From: Candidatus Eiseniibacteriota bacterium
Lineage (GTDB): Bacteria > Eisenbacteria > RBG-16-71-46
DNA length: 64,000 bases
Direction: 5' to 3'
NCBI GenBank assembly: GCA_963725865.1
Contig: CAVSAC010000010.1
Coordinates: 1 to 64,000, forward strand
Position 1 is the stretch's first letter. Each line of letters begins with the position of its first letter. This document shows positions 20,957 through 31,384 of this stretch, in pieces. A program made the position numbers and the translations under genes. A model generated the notes under the pieces. The model did no database searches. It saw nothing but the letters and a program-made list of their open reading frames with translations, and was not told where the DNA came from.

Positions 20957-21053
20957 CGCCCGGACCGCGGAACATCGCGGCGCCCCGCCGGCCCCGCCCG
21001 GCGTGCTACTCTCGCGACCTCGCTCCCACGTTCCCCCGGACCATGGAGACTCC

Positions 21054-21410
21054 ATGAAGCGATCCCTCCTGTTCCTCGTGCTCATGACCACCCTGGTGCT
21101 CGGCGCCGGCTGCAAGGGCATCACCGGCACCACCAGTATCAAGACGCTGCTCGACGATCCCGGCCTCTACGACAAGAAGGTGGTGCGGCTGGCCGGCGAC
21201 GTCGGTCCCTCGATGGGCGTGCTGAACGTGGGCGCCTACCAGCTCGACGACGGCACCGGGACCATCACGGTGGTCGCGCGCCAGAACGGCGCGCCGCGCC
21301 AGGGCGCCCGGGTCGCGATCGAGGGCGAGTTCCGCTCCGCCTACACGCTCGGCGTCTCGAGCGCGGCGGTGGTGCTCGAGAGCAAGCGGCAGGACATCGC
21401 CACGAAGTGA
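21054..21410 (+). CDS. Putative lipoprotein with OB-fold-like domain
   Basis: GGAG SD, lipobox-like LGAGC, SIKTLLDDP..YDKKVVRLAGDV..YQLDDGTGTITV. Confidence 0.75.
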   Translation: MKRSLLFLVLMTTLVLGAGCKGITGTTSIKTLLDDPGLYDKKVVRLAGDVGPSMGVLNVGAYQLDDGTGTITVVARQNGAPRQGARVAIEGEFRSAYTLGVSSAAVVLESKRQDIATK

Positions 21411-21432
21411 GCCGCGGCAGGCGCGCCGATGG

Positions 21433-21462
21433 CGAAGGCCGGGGCGTGCGCCCCGGCCTTCG
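21433..21462. terminator. GC-rich hairpin between convergent genes
   Basis: CGAAGGCCGGGGCG-TG-CGCCCCGGCCTTCG perfect inverted repeat, no U-tract. Confidence 0.6.
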
Positions 21463-21486
21463 TGCATGCGGCGGTCGGCGATCGGC

Positions 21487-22017
21487 TCATGCACTCCCGG
21501 GTGGGAGCGCGAACGACATCAGGGCCTCGACGCGGTGCGGGGTGAGCGCCTGGCGCCCGCCCAGCCCGTCCAGCTCGATCACGAACAGCAGCGCCTGCAC
21601 GTCCGCGCCGAGCTGCTCGAGCAGCTGCGTCGTCGCCTTCGCGGTGCCGCCGGTCGCCAGCAGATCGTCCACGATCACGACATGACGTCCGGCGGCAATC
21701 GCGTCGGACTGGATCTCGAGCGTGTCCTCGCCGTACTCGAGCGAATAGAGCTGGCGCACCGTCCTGCCCGGGAGCTTGCCGAACTTGCGCGCCGGCACGA
21801 ACGACACGCCCCAGTGGAGCGCCAGCGCCGCGCCGAACACGAAGCCGCGCGACTCGATGCCGACCACCGCGTCGGGCTTCGAGGTGCGGGCCGCGAGTTG
21901 ACGGACGCACTCCGCGAACGCGCCCGGCTCCCGGAGCAGTGGCGAGATGTCGCGGAACAGGATGCCCTGCTTCGGGAAGTCGGGATAGTCGCGCACGAAA
22001 GTCCGCAGGTCGGCCAT
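21487..22017 (-). CDS. apt: Adenine phosphoribosyltransferase
   Basis: RDYPDFPKQGILFRDI, GIESRGF, ARKFGKLPG, YSLEYG, VDDLLATGGT. Confidence 0.97.
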   Translation of the reverse strand: MADLRTFVRDYPDFPKQGILFRDISPLLREPGAFAECVRQLAARTSKPDAVVGIESRGFVFGAALALHWGVSFVPARKFGKLPGRTVRQLYSLEYGEDTLEIQSDAIAAGRHVVIVDDLLATGGTAKATTQLLEQLGADVQALLFVIELDGLGGRQALTPHRVEALMSFALPPGSA

Positions 22018-22031
22018 GGGTCTCCCGTCAG

Positions 22032-23106
<1,075 letters not shown>

Positions 23107-23114
<8 letters not shown>

Positions 23115-23379
23115 GGATCTCGAACCCCCGGTAGTGCCCTGTGCCGTCGCCCCAGGCGACGTCGACCTCTCCCACCCGGGCGGCCACCGGCCCCCGCTTC
23201 ACCTCGTCCACCAGCCGCGCGAGCGGCCCGGGCGGACCCTCTGCCAGGATCTCGACCGCCCCGTCCGGCCGGTTGCGCACCTCGCCCGCAAGCGCGAGCT
23301 CGCGGGCGCACCGCAGTACGAACGCACGAAAGCCCACGCCCTGGACGCGGCCGTGGACGACGAGATGGACGCGATGCAT
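23107..23379 (-). CDS. acyP: Acylphosphatase
   Basis: VHGRVQGVGFR, GEVRNRPDGAVE. Confidence 0.93.
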
Positions 23380-23454
23380 TCGAGGCTTCGGAGGAGGGGA
23401 ACGATCCCGGCGGCCCCGTGAGGGGCGCACCGGACACGCACGCGTACTGCAAGG

Positions 23455-23531
<77 letters not shown>

Positions 23532-23543
23532 ACCCGGACTGCT

Positions 23544-24233
23544 TCATCCAGTGTCCCGCTCGCCGGGCCAGGCATCCTTCCCGACGAGGGGCACGAAACG
23601 ACATTCGCCGTGGCGATGATGTTCCCACCGGTCCTCGGACCGGCGCTCCCAGACCTCGAGGGTCTGGATCGCGGCATCGCCGACCGGTATGACGAGGAGC
23701 CCCCGCTCCCCCAGTTGGGACTTCAGAGCCTCGGGGACACGAGGGGCCGCAGCGGCGACAAGCACCCTAGCATAGGGTGCGAACTCCTGCCAACCGAGGG
23801 TCCCGTCGCCGTGACGCAGCGCCACGTTGTGGATTCCGAGCGCCTCGAGCCGTCGCTGTGCCCCCCGCAGCAGCGACGCCACCCGCTCCACGCTGAAGAC
23901 CTGCCGGCACAGTCGCGCGAGCAGCGCGGTCTGGTAGCCGCTCCCGGTGCCGATCTCGAGCACGCGATGATCCGCCTCGAGCGCGCACAGCTCCAGCATG
24001 CGGGCCACGATCCAGGGCTGCGAAATCGTCTGCCCCTCGAGCGTCGGCAGCGCGTGATCGCCGTAAGCGCGGGGACCCAGCCCCGCCTCGACGAAGACGT
24101 GGCGCGGAACCTCGGCCATCGCCTCGAGGACCCGCGCATCGCGGATTCCGCGCGCGACCAGCTGCTCGGCCACCATGCGACGCCGCGCTCCGGCGAAGGG
24201 ATCGCGGCCGCCGCCGTCCGCGGCTCCGATCAC
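23544..24233 (-). CDS. pcm: Protein-L-isoaspartate O-methyltransferase
   Basis: VPRHVFV, GQTISQP, VLEIGTGSGYQTA, GDGTLGW, CRFVPLVG. GTG start overlaps the surE stop. Confidence 0.95.
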   Translation of the reverse strand: MIGAADGGGRDPFAGARRRMVAEQLVARGIRDARVLEAMAEVPRHVFVEAGLGPRAYGDHALPTLEGQTISQPWIVARMLELCALEADHRVLEIGTGSGYQTALLARLCRQVFSVERVASLLRGAQRRLEALGIHNVALRHGDGTLGWQEFAPYARVLVAAAAPRVPEALKSQLGERGLLVIPVGDAAIQTLEVWERRSEDRWEHHRHGECRFVPLVGKDAWPGERDTG

Positions 24234-24976
24234 GGCGTCAGGTCCCACTGGCGCAGGTCCGCGAACGCGTCGCCATCGTTGAGGTCGAGGCGCATCGGCG
24301 TGACCGAGATGAAGCCCGCGTGCACCGCGTGGTAGTCGGTGCCTTCGACCGGGTCCCAGACCGGGTCCTCGCCGCCGATCCAGTAATAGTCGCGGCCGCG
24401 CGGATCGGTCTTCTTGATGAGCGTGTCCTGGTACGTGCGGCTGCCGAGGCGCGTGAGCTGCACGCCCGCCAGCTCCGCGCGCGGACGGAACGGCAGATTG
24501 ACGTTGAGCAGGCGGCGCCTCGCCAGGCCGCGCTCGGCCACCTGCCGCGCGAGGCGGCCGATGAACGCTGCGGGCTCGACGAAGTCGGTCAGCTGCCGGG
24601 TGACCAGCGAGGCGGCGATCGAGGCCGCGCCCTGCAGCGTGCCTTCGATCGCGGCGGCCACGGTGCCCGAGTAGAACACGTCCTCGCCCATGTTGGGCCC
24701 GTGGTTGATCCCCGAGATCACCATCCCCGGCCGCTCGTCCAGCAGCCCGTAGAACGCCGTCACGACGCAGTCGGTCGGCGTGCCGTCGACGCTGTAGACG
24801 TCCACGTCGTGACGCTGGATGCGGAACGGACGATGCAGGGTCAGCGAGTGCGAGGTGGCGCTCTGGTCGCGGTCGGGCGCCACGATCACCACGCGGCCGA
24901 GCGGACGCAGGGCCTCGCGCAGCCGCAGCAGCGCCGGCGCGTGGATGCCGTCGTCGTTGGTAATCAGCACAATCAT
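24230..24976 (-). CDS. surE: 5'/3'-nucleotidase SurE
   Basis: [40 protein letters not shown]. Confidence 0.97.
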   Translation of the reverse strand: MIVLITNDDGIHAPALLRLREALRPLGRVVIVAPDRDQSATSHSLTLHRPFRIQRHDVDVYSVDGTPTDCVVTAFYGLLDERPGMVISGINHGPNMGEDVFYSGTVAAAIEGTLQGAASIAASLVTRQLTDFVEPAAFIGRLARQVAERGLARRRLLNVNLPFRPRAELAGVQLTRLGSRTYQDTLIKKTDPRGRDYYWIGGEDPVWDPVEGTDYHAVHAGFISVTPMRLDLNDGDAFADLRQWDLTP

Positions 24977-25686
24977 GTCGGGCTCCCGTTCCGGGGCGTG
25001 GGTCGCGCTCCATGCGGCGTCGGCATGGGTTCGAAGGACAGGCGTACCAGCGTGCCGACGATGCGCGGGACGTCGCGGAACATCCGGATCTGGCTCTTCT
25101 CCCCGCCGTACACCGTGGGAATGGACACCTCGCCGAGGCGGAACCCGAGGCGCGCGGCGCGCACCACGATCTCCGACTCCAGCTCGAAGCCGCCCGGCGT
25201 GACCGGCGTGCGGTCGAGCACCGCGCGCGAGTAGAGGCGGTAACCGCACTGACTGTCGGCGACCCGCTGACCGGCGAGCCGGCTCGCCCATCCGGACGAC
25301 CACGCGTTCGCGAATCGGCGCGTCGGCGGCATGTCGCCCTCGAACCGCCGCGCCCCCAGCACCAGATCGGCGCCCGCTGCGTGCGCGGCGACGAAGTCCG
25401 GGAAGCACTCCGGCGGGTGCTGGCCGTCCGCGTCCAGCGTGACCACGCCGTCGCAGCCGCGCAGCGCGTCGAATCCCGCGAGCAGCGCGTGCCCCTTCCC
25501 GCGGTTCGCGGCGAACGAGAGCACACGCGCGCCGAACTGCCGGGCGACCGTCGCGGTGCCGTCGCGCGAGCCGTCGTCCACCACCAGCACCTCGGGCGCG
25601 GGGTCGAGCGCGGCCAGCCCGATCAGCACCTCGCCCAGGTGGGCGGCGGCCTGGTAGGCCGGCACCAGCGCGGCGATGCGCGTCAC
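24973..25686 (-). CDS. Family 2 glycosyltransferase (DPM1-like)
   Basis: [35 protein letters not shown]. Confidence 0.92.
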   Translation of the reverse strand: MTRIAALVPAYQAAAHLGEVLIGLAALDPAPEVLVVDDGSRDGTATVARQFGARVLSFAANRGKGHALLAGFDALRGCDGVVTLDADGQHPPECFPDFVAAHAAGADLVLGARRFEGDMPPTRRFANAWSSGWASRLAGQRVADSQCGYRLYSRAVLDRTPVTPGGFELESEIVVRAARLGFRLGEVSIPTVYGGEKSQIRMFRDVPRIVGTLVRLSFEPMPTPHGARPTPRNGSPT

Positions 25687-26489
25687 GCGAGCCCCTCGGC
25701 GAGCGGCTCGAAGGCGCACCACTGCCCGGGGTAGCGCTCCAGCCAGCGGCGCAGCGCGGCGCGCGGTCCGCCCGCCGCGCACGCCGCGGCGGTGAGCGGA
25801 GCGTCGACGCACAGCGCCCAGCGCCCCCCCGGCAGCCGCACCACCACCGCGGGCAGCACCAGGGCGCCGGTGCGCCGCGCGAGCGCAGCGGCGAGCGCGC
25901 AGACCGAGGTACGCGAGCCCAGCGTGCTGCGGTCGCCCATCAGCGCCACCCACTCGTGCCGGCGCAGCGCGCGGGCGGCGCTCGACCACACCGGCGATCC
26001 GCCGAGCCGCACCACTCCGAAGCGCTCGCGGCGGCGGGCGAAGAACCGCTCGACGCCGCGGTCCGCGTGCGGGCGCGCCGCGATGTGCACGCGCGGACCG
26101 GCGGCCGACAGCACAGCCGCGCCGCGCTCCCACGAGCCCAGGTGCGCCGACAGGACGATCACGCCGCGACCCGAGGCGCGCGCCGCGGCCAGATGCTCGG
26201 CACCGCGCACCTCGGTCGCGCCCGCGAGCGCGTCGCCGCCGACGCGGGCGAGCCGCAGGAAGTCCACCAGCGCGAGCGCGAAGTGCTCGAACGCCTCGCG
26301 CGCCAGCGCGTGAGCGCGCGGCGCGTCGACGCCCGTCAAGCGCGCGACGTTGGAGGCAGCCGCCGCACGCGCCGGCGGACGCAGCGCGAACACCCCGCGC
26401 GCCAGGCGCACGGCGAGCGCCTCGGCGGCCGCCCGCGGCAGGGCGCGCACGATCAGATCGGCGAGGAAGTACGACGCGCAGGCGATCAT
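25683..26489 (-). CDS. LpxL/PatA-like lipid acyltransferase
   Basis: [25 protein letters not shown]. Start set downstream of the tRNA. Confidence 0.85.
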   Translation of the reverse strand: MIACASYFLADLIVRALPRAAAEALAVRLARGVFALRPPARAAAASNVARLTGVDAPRAHALAREAFEHFALALVDFLRLARVGGDALAGATEVRGAEHLAAARASGRGVIVLSAHLGSWERGAAVLSAAGPRVHIAARPHADRGVERFFARRRERFGVVRLGGSPVWSSAARALRRHEWVALMGDRSTLGSRTSVCALAAALARRTGALVLPAVVVRLPGGRWALCVDAPLTAAACAAGGPRAALRRWLERYPGQWCAFEPLAEGLA

Positions 26490-26570
26490 GAGGAGCGGGA
26501 CGGCGGCGCGACGAGAGATCCCGGGACTCGAGGGAGGACGGCGGGCCGCGTCGGGAGGGGAAGAGATGAA

Positions 26571-26647
26571 TGGTCGGGGCGACTGGATTCGAACCAGCGA
26601 CCCCCTGCCCCCCATGCAGGTGCGCTACCGGGCTGCGCTACGCCCCG
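26571..26647 (-). tRNA. tRNA-Pro(GGG)
   Basis: CGGGGCG acceptor, CCTGC-AT GGG GG-GCAGG anticodon arm, GGTTCGAATCC, encoded CCA. Confidence 0.95.
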
Positions 26648-26681
26648 ACCGGATGGGACTCGAGGCCCCGATTCGCCATGC

Positions 26682-26710
26682 AATCTATGCGAGGCGCGGT
26701 CCCGCCGCAA
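26682..26710 (-). promoter_or_regulatory. Sigma70-type promoter for tRNA-Pro(GGG)
   Basis: TTGCGG-N17-TAGATT on the minus strand. Confidence 0.55.
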
Positions 26711-26757
26711 GTCGGCCGCCCCCGGGCGTCGGCCGCCGTCGCGCATCACGCCGGGAA

Positions 26758-27162
26758 TCAGGCGCCGACGGGCTCGCGCTCGCGCAACCGAGTCGCGAGC
26801 CGCTGGAGCTCGGTCTTGATCTCGTGGAGCACCAGCTTGCGATCCGCGTCCCCGAATCGGATCTCGACCTGCGGGGCGGCGACCCCGGCATCCTTGCGCT
26901 CGTCCAACAGCCGGCGACGCGCGCCGGCGATCGTGAAGCGCCGGTCGTAGAGCAGCTCCTTGATGCGCATCAGGAGCTTGATCTCGTCGGGCCGGTACAT
27001 GCGATTGCCCGCGCGGTTCTTGCGCGGCCGCAGCATGCTGAACTGCGTCTCCCAGTAGCGCAGCACGTGGGGCTTCACCCCCACCAACTCGCTCACCTCG
27101 CTGATCGACCGATAGAGCTTGCCTTCGCTCTCGGTCTCGGACTTGATCGGGGGCACTGCCAC
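26758..27162 (-). CDS. MerR family transcriptional regulator
   Basis: KLYRSISEVSELVGVKPHVLRYWETQF...GNRMYR...FTIAGAR. Confidence 0.93.
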   Translation of the reverse strand: MAVPPIKSETESEGKLYRSISEVSELVGVKPHVLRYWETQFSMLRPRKNRAGNRMYRPDEIKLLMRIKELLYDRRFTIAGARRRLLDERKDAGVAAPQVEIRFGDADRKLVLHEIKTELQRLATRLREREPVGA

Positions 27163-27180
27163 CTCCTCGACTGCGGGCCC

Positions 27181-28170
27181 TCAGGCCTCGCTCTTCAGGT
27201 CGCGGGTCATCAGCACCTGCATCGCCTCGCGCGGACTCCGGCCGTCGAACAGCATCGCGCACACCTGCTCCGTGATCGGCAATTCGACCGCGTGCGCCCG
27301 GCCGAGGTCGCGCGCCGCGCGCGCCGTGTTCACGCCCTCGGCCACCATCACCATCGCCCCGAGCACCTGCTCGAGCGTCTCGCCGCGACCGATCCGCTCG
27401 CCGACGTGGCGATTGCGGCTGTGGCGGCTGATCGCCGTCGCGATCAGGTCGCCCATGCCCGCCAGCCCCGCAAACGTCTCGCGGCGCCCGCCCATCGCCA
27501 CGCCGAGGCGGGCGATCTCCGCGAGTCCGCGGGTGAGCAGCGCGCCCTTCGTGTTGTCTCCGAACCCGACCCCGTCGCACACGCCCGCCGCGATCGCGAT
27601 CACGTTCTTCACCGCGGCGGCGAACTCGCATCCGACGACGTCGGTGTTGCGGTACACCCGGAACCGCGACGTCGAGAACAGGCGCTGGACCGACTCGGCG
27701 CGAGACTCGTCGACGCAGGCCGCCACCACCGAGGTCGGGATGCCGCGACTCACCTCCTCGGCGTGACTCGGACCGGTCAGGATCACCGGCGCCGGATCGC
27801 CCAGGGTCTCGCCCAGCACCTCCGAGAGCCGCTTGAGCGTGCCCAGCTCGAGCCCCTTCGAGGCCGAGATGGGGACCGCCCGCGACTCCGCGCCGCGCAC
27901 CCGCGCCGCCACCTCGCGTACCGCCTGAGACGGCACCACGAACACGGCGAACTCCGCGCCCGCCAGCGCCGCCTCGAGTTCCGGCTGAACCTTAACCCCG
28001 TCCGGAAGCACGATGCCAGGCAAAAACTTCCGATTCTCCCGCTCCGCGGCCAGCGCGGCGAGGTCGGCGCGGTCGTTGCCCCACAGGCGCGCCTCGTGCC
28101 CGGCGCCCGCGAGCTGCGCCGCGAGCGTGGTCCCCCACGAGCCCGCCCCCAGCACTGCGATGCGCGTCAT
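27181..28170 (-). CDS. gpsA: NAD(P)H-dependent glycerol-3-phosphate dehydrogenase
   Basis: GAGSWGT, SKGLE, GPSHAEE, KNVIAIAAG, GMGDLIAT, SRN. Confidence 0.97.
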   Translation of the reverse strand: MTRIAVLGAGSWGTTLAAQLAGAGHEARLWGNDRADLAALAAERENRKFLPGIVLPDGVKVQPELEAALAGAEFAVFVVPSQAVREVAARVRGAESRAVPISASKGLELGTLKRLSEVLGETLGDPAPVILTGPSHAEEVSRGIPTSVVAACVDESRAESVQRLFSTSRFRVYRNTDVVGCEFAAAVKNVIAIAAGVCDGVGFGDNTKGALLTRGLAEIARLGVAMGGRRETFAGLAGMGDLIATAISRHSRNRHVGERIGRGETLEQVLGAMVMVAEGVNTARAARDLGRAHAVELPITEQVCAMLFDGRSPREAMQVLMTRDLKSEA

Positions 28171-28823
28171 GCCGAGGTCCCTCCGCGCTTGAAGGAGAAG
28201 CGCTGCTCCTCGCCCCGGAGCAGGCGCCGGATGTTCTCGTGGTGGCGCGCGATCACGAGCAGCGCGACCACCACGCCGAACACGAACAGCGGGCTGCGCG
28301 GTCCGCCGGGCGCGAGGAATGCGAGCGCGATCGCGAACGCTGCGGCGCCGAGGATGGAGCCGAGCGAGATGAAGCGCGTGAGCGCGAGCGTCACGAGGAA
28401 GACGCCCGCGAAGATCCCGAACGCGGCCGGCGCCACCGCCAGCAGCACCCCCACCATGGTCGCTACCCCCTTGCCGCCCTTGAACCCGGCGAACGGCGTG
28501 AACACATGACCGGCGACTGCCGCCAGGCCCACGCCGATCCCGCACCAGGCCGCGCCGCCGAGGAACGACACCGAGACCGGGCAGCTGCGCACCAGCACCA
28601 CCGGCAGCGCGCCCTTCGCGATGTCGAGCACCAGCGTGGTGACGCCGAGCGCCGGCCCGAGCGCGCGGTAGACGTTCGTCGCGCCGAGGTTGCGCGAACC
28701 CACGGTGCGCACGTCGACGCCCCGGAACCAGCGGCCCAGCCACAGGCCCCACGGAAGCGAGCCGCTCGCGAACCCGGTCAGCAGCGCAAGCGCCGTGAAC
28801 ATGAGCGTGGCGGTCGTGACCAT
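28167..28823 (-). CDS. plsY: Glycerol-3-phosphate acyltransferase PlsY
   Basis: GSRNLGATNVYR, DIAKG, GHVF..FKGGKGVAT, RHHENIRRL. Confidence 0.96.
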   Translation of the reverse strand: MVTTATLMFTALALLTGFASGSLPWGLWLGRWFRGVDVRTVGSRNLGATNVYRALGPALGVTTLVLDIAKGALPVVLVRSCPVSVSFLGGAAWCGIGVGLAAVAGHVFTPFAGFKGGKGVATMVGVLLAVAPAAFGIFAGVFLVTLALTRFISLGSILGAAAFAIALAFLAPGGPRSPLFVFGVVVALLVIARHHENIRRLLRGEEQRFSFKRGGTSA

Positions 28824-28824
28824 G

Positions 28825-30135
28825 TCAGTCGCTCTTCTTGACGAGCAGCTTGACCGGCGTGCCCGCGAAGCCGAAGTGCTCGCTGAAGTGGGACCACAGG
28901 AAGCGCCGGTAGTTGTCCCCCAGGCGCGAGGGCGCGTTGACGAACAACGTGAAGGCGGGCGGCTTCACGCCGGTCTGTGTCATGTAGTAGATCTTCGGCA
29001 GCCGCCCGACGTTGTTGGTCGGAACGGCGCGCTTGCGCTGGACCGCCGCCAGCCACTCGTTCAAGTCGTGGGTGCGGATGCGGCGACGGTGCTCCTCCAC
29101 GCGCTGCTGCAGCAGGTGCGGGAGCCGATGCATGTGCGTGCCGACGGTCGCCGATATGGGCGCCGCCGGGATGTCGCCGAGCGATGGATAGCGCTCCGCG
29201 CGCTCGGCCTGCAGCGCCTTCCAGCGCACTTCGCGCTCCTCCTCGAGGTCCCACTTGTTGTACAGGATCAGCGTCGAACAGCCGGCGTCCAGCGCGTGCT
29301 GCGCGAGGCGCGCGTCCTGGCGCTGGAAACCCTCCGTCGCGTCCACCACCAGGCAGGCGACGTCGGCGCGCGCCAGCGCGCTCAGCGCGCGCACCGTCGC
29401 GTAGAACTCGGCCTGATCCTCGAAGTAAGCCTGGCGGCGGATCCCGGCGGTGTCGACCAGCACGAACGTGCCGGCCGGCGTCTCCCAGCGCGCGTCGATC
29501 GAGTCGAGCGTGGTGCCGGGCAGCGCCTCCACGATCATGCGCTCCTGGTGCAGCAGCGCGTTCACGATCGAGGACTTGCCGACGTTGGGGCGTCCCACGA
29601 TCGCGATCCGCGCGAGCGGCTCCGAGTCCTCCTGCGTCTCGGGAGGAAAGCGCGCCACGATCAGGTCCAGCAGATCGCCGATGCCGTAGCCGTTCTCGGA
29701 GGAGATCGGCACCGGCTCGCCAAGCCCCAGGCGATGGAATTCGTGCGCGACCGGATCGCCGGGCTTGTCGACCTTGTTCACCACCACGAGCGTCGAGGCA
29801 TCGGCGCGCCGCAGGCTGTGCGCGATCGCGGTGTCGAGATCGGTGGCGCCGGTGAGCGCGTCGACCATGAACACCACCACGTGGGCGAGGCCGATCGCGG
29901 TCTCGGCCTGCTTGCGCACCTCGTGGTCGCGTCCGGCCGCGGCGGCGGGCAGGAAGCCCCCCGTGTCCACCATCAGGAACGGGCGCCCGTTCCACTCGGC
30001 GCGCACCGCGTTGCGGTCGCGGGTCACGCCGGGCCGGTCGTGGGTGACGGCGCGGCGTTCGCCCAGCACGCGGTTGAAGAAGGTGGACTTGCCGACGTTC
30101 GGTCGACCGATGATCGCGACCACGGGAGCGGGCAT
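28825..30135 (-). CDS. der: Ribosome biogenesis GTPase Der
   Basis: Two GRPNVGKS G-domains, DTGG/DTAG, NKVD/NKWD, C-terminal KH-like domain. Confidence 0.97.
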   Translation of the reverse strand: MPAPVVAIIGRPNVGKSTFFNRVLGERRAVTHDRPGVTRDRNAVRAEWNGRPFLMVDTGGFLPAAAAGRDHEVRKQAETAIGLAHVVVFMVDALTGATDLDTAIAHSLRRADASTLVVVNKVDKPGDPVAHEFHRLGLGEPVPISSENGYGIGDLLDLIVARFPPETQEDSEPLARIAIVGRPNVGKSSIVNALLHQERMIVEALPGTTLDSIDARWETPAGTFVLVDTAGIRRQAYFEDQAEFYATVRALSALARADVACLVVDATEGFQRQDARLAQHALDAGCSTLILYNKWDLEEEREVRWKALQAERAERYPSLGDIPAAPISATVGTHMHRLPHLLQQRVEEHRRRIRTHDLNEWLAAVQRKRAVPTNNVGRLPKIYYMTQTGVKPPAFTLFVNAPSRLGDNYRRFLWSHFSEHFGFAGTPVKLLVKKSD

Positions 30136-30145
30136 GGACCCCTGA

Positions 30146-30189
30146 CACACCGGCGCGCCGTCACGCTGTCGCGACGGCGCGCCGGTGTG
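30146..30189. terminator. 17-bp perfect stem between tRNA-Gly and der
   Basis: CACACCGGCGCGCCGTC-N10-GACGGCGCGCCGGTGTG. Confidence 0.5.
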
Positions 30190-30198
30190 GACGAAAGT

Positions 30199-30274
30199 TG
30201 GAGCGGGCAACGGGGTTCGAACCCGCGACCTCAAGCTTGGGAAGCTCGCGCTCTACCAACTGAGCTATGCCCGC
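30199..30274 (-). tRNA. tRNA-Gly(CCC)
   Basis: GCGGGCA acceptor, CGAGC-TT CCC AA-GCTTG anticodon arm, GGTTCGAACCC, encoded CCA. Confidence 0.96.
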
Positions 30275-30305
30275 ACCATGAAGTGTCCGCGCAGAGACCG
30301 CCCAT

Positions 30306-30334
30306 AAGCTAGTGAGCGGCATCGGGTCTGTCAA
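30306..30334 (-). promoter_or_regulatory. Sigma70 promoter for the tRNA-Gly/der operon
   Basis: TTGACA-N17-TAGCTT on the minus strand. Confidence 0.75.
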
Positions 30335-30442
30335 TGCGGAGGCGCTGGCGGCGCCACCGTCGCCGGCCCCGGCGCGAGCCAGTGCGGCGGCGACGCCGCG
30401 GTCTCGCGCGAGTCGCGGTTGGCGCGCGGCGGCCCCGGACGC

Positions 30443-31366
30443 TCAGCCCGTGATGGCCCGCAGGGCCTGGCGCAGCAGGGTCGCCGGCGGGGCGTTACCG
30501 TCGAGGCGCGTGGCCTCGACCTGGTTGCGGAACCACGTGCGCTGGCGCTTCGCGAGCTGGCGGGTGCGCAGCGACGTCCGCGCCTCGGCGGCGGGGCGGT
30601 CGATGCGGCCCTCGATCAGGTCCAGCGTCTCGTCGTAGCCGACCGCCCGCAGCGCGCGCAGCGCGGGCGCCAGCCCCGCCGCCGCCACCGCGCGCGTCTC
30701 CTCCACCAGACCGTGGTCGAACATCCAGCGCGTGCGCGACTGGATGCGCGCCTCGAGCGCCGCGGGCGCCAGCGTCAGCTCGAGCGTGCGCCACTCCCCC
30801 GCCACCGCCGCTCCATGCGGCTGCCGCTGCCACCACGACAGCGGCCGCCCGCTCGCCAGCAGCACCTCGAGCGCGCGCGTGATGCGCTGGCTGTCGTTCG
30901 GCGCCAGGCGCAGCGCGGTCTCGGGGTCCGCGAGCGCCAGGCGCGCGTGCAGCGCCGGGGCGCCGAGGGCCGCCGCCTCGTCCCGCAGGCGGGCGCGCAG
31001 TGCGGGGTCGTGCGGCGGCTCCTGCGCCAGGCCGCGCCGCGCGGCCGCCAGATAGAGGCCCGAGCCGCCCACCAGCACCGCGAGGTGGCCGCGCAGGTGG
31101 ATCGCCGCGCACGCGGCGCGGGCCGCGCGCGCGTACCACCCCGCGCTCGCGCGCTCGCCGAGACTCAGCGCGTCGAAAAGATGGTGCGGCCGTGCGCGGC
31201 GCTCCGCGGCGTCGGGCTTGCCGGTGCCGAGGTCGAGGGCCGCGAACACCTGGCGCGAATCCGCGCACACCACCTCGGCGCCGAGCGTCTCCGCCAGCGC
31301 CTCGCCGAGCGCGGTCTTGCCGGTCGCGGTCGTGCCGACCAGCGCCACCACGCGGCTCTCTCCCAT
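30443..31366 (-). CDS. miaA: tRNA dimethylallyltransferase
   Basis: GTTATGKT, ADSRQVF, GTGKP, VGGSGLY, AKRQRTWF. Confidence 0.96.
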   Translation of the reverse strand: MGESRVVALVGTTATGKTALGEALAETLGAEVVCADSRQVFAALDLGTGKPDAAERRARPHHLFDALSLGERASAGWYARAARAACAAIHLRGHLAVLVGGSGLYLAAARRGLAQEPPHDPALRARLRDEAAALGAPALHARLALADPETALRLAPNDSQRITRALEVLLASGRPLSWWQRQPHGAAVAGEWRTLELTLAPAALEARIQSRTRWMFDHGLVEETRAVAAAGLAPALRALRAVGYDETLDLIEGRIDRPAAEARTSLRTRQLAKRQRTWFRNQVEATRLDGNAPPATLLRQALRAITG

Positions 31367-31384
31367 CGGCCGGCTCCCGTCCGA

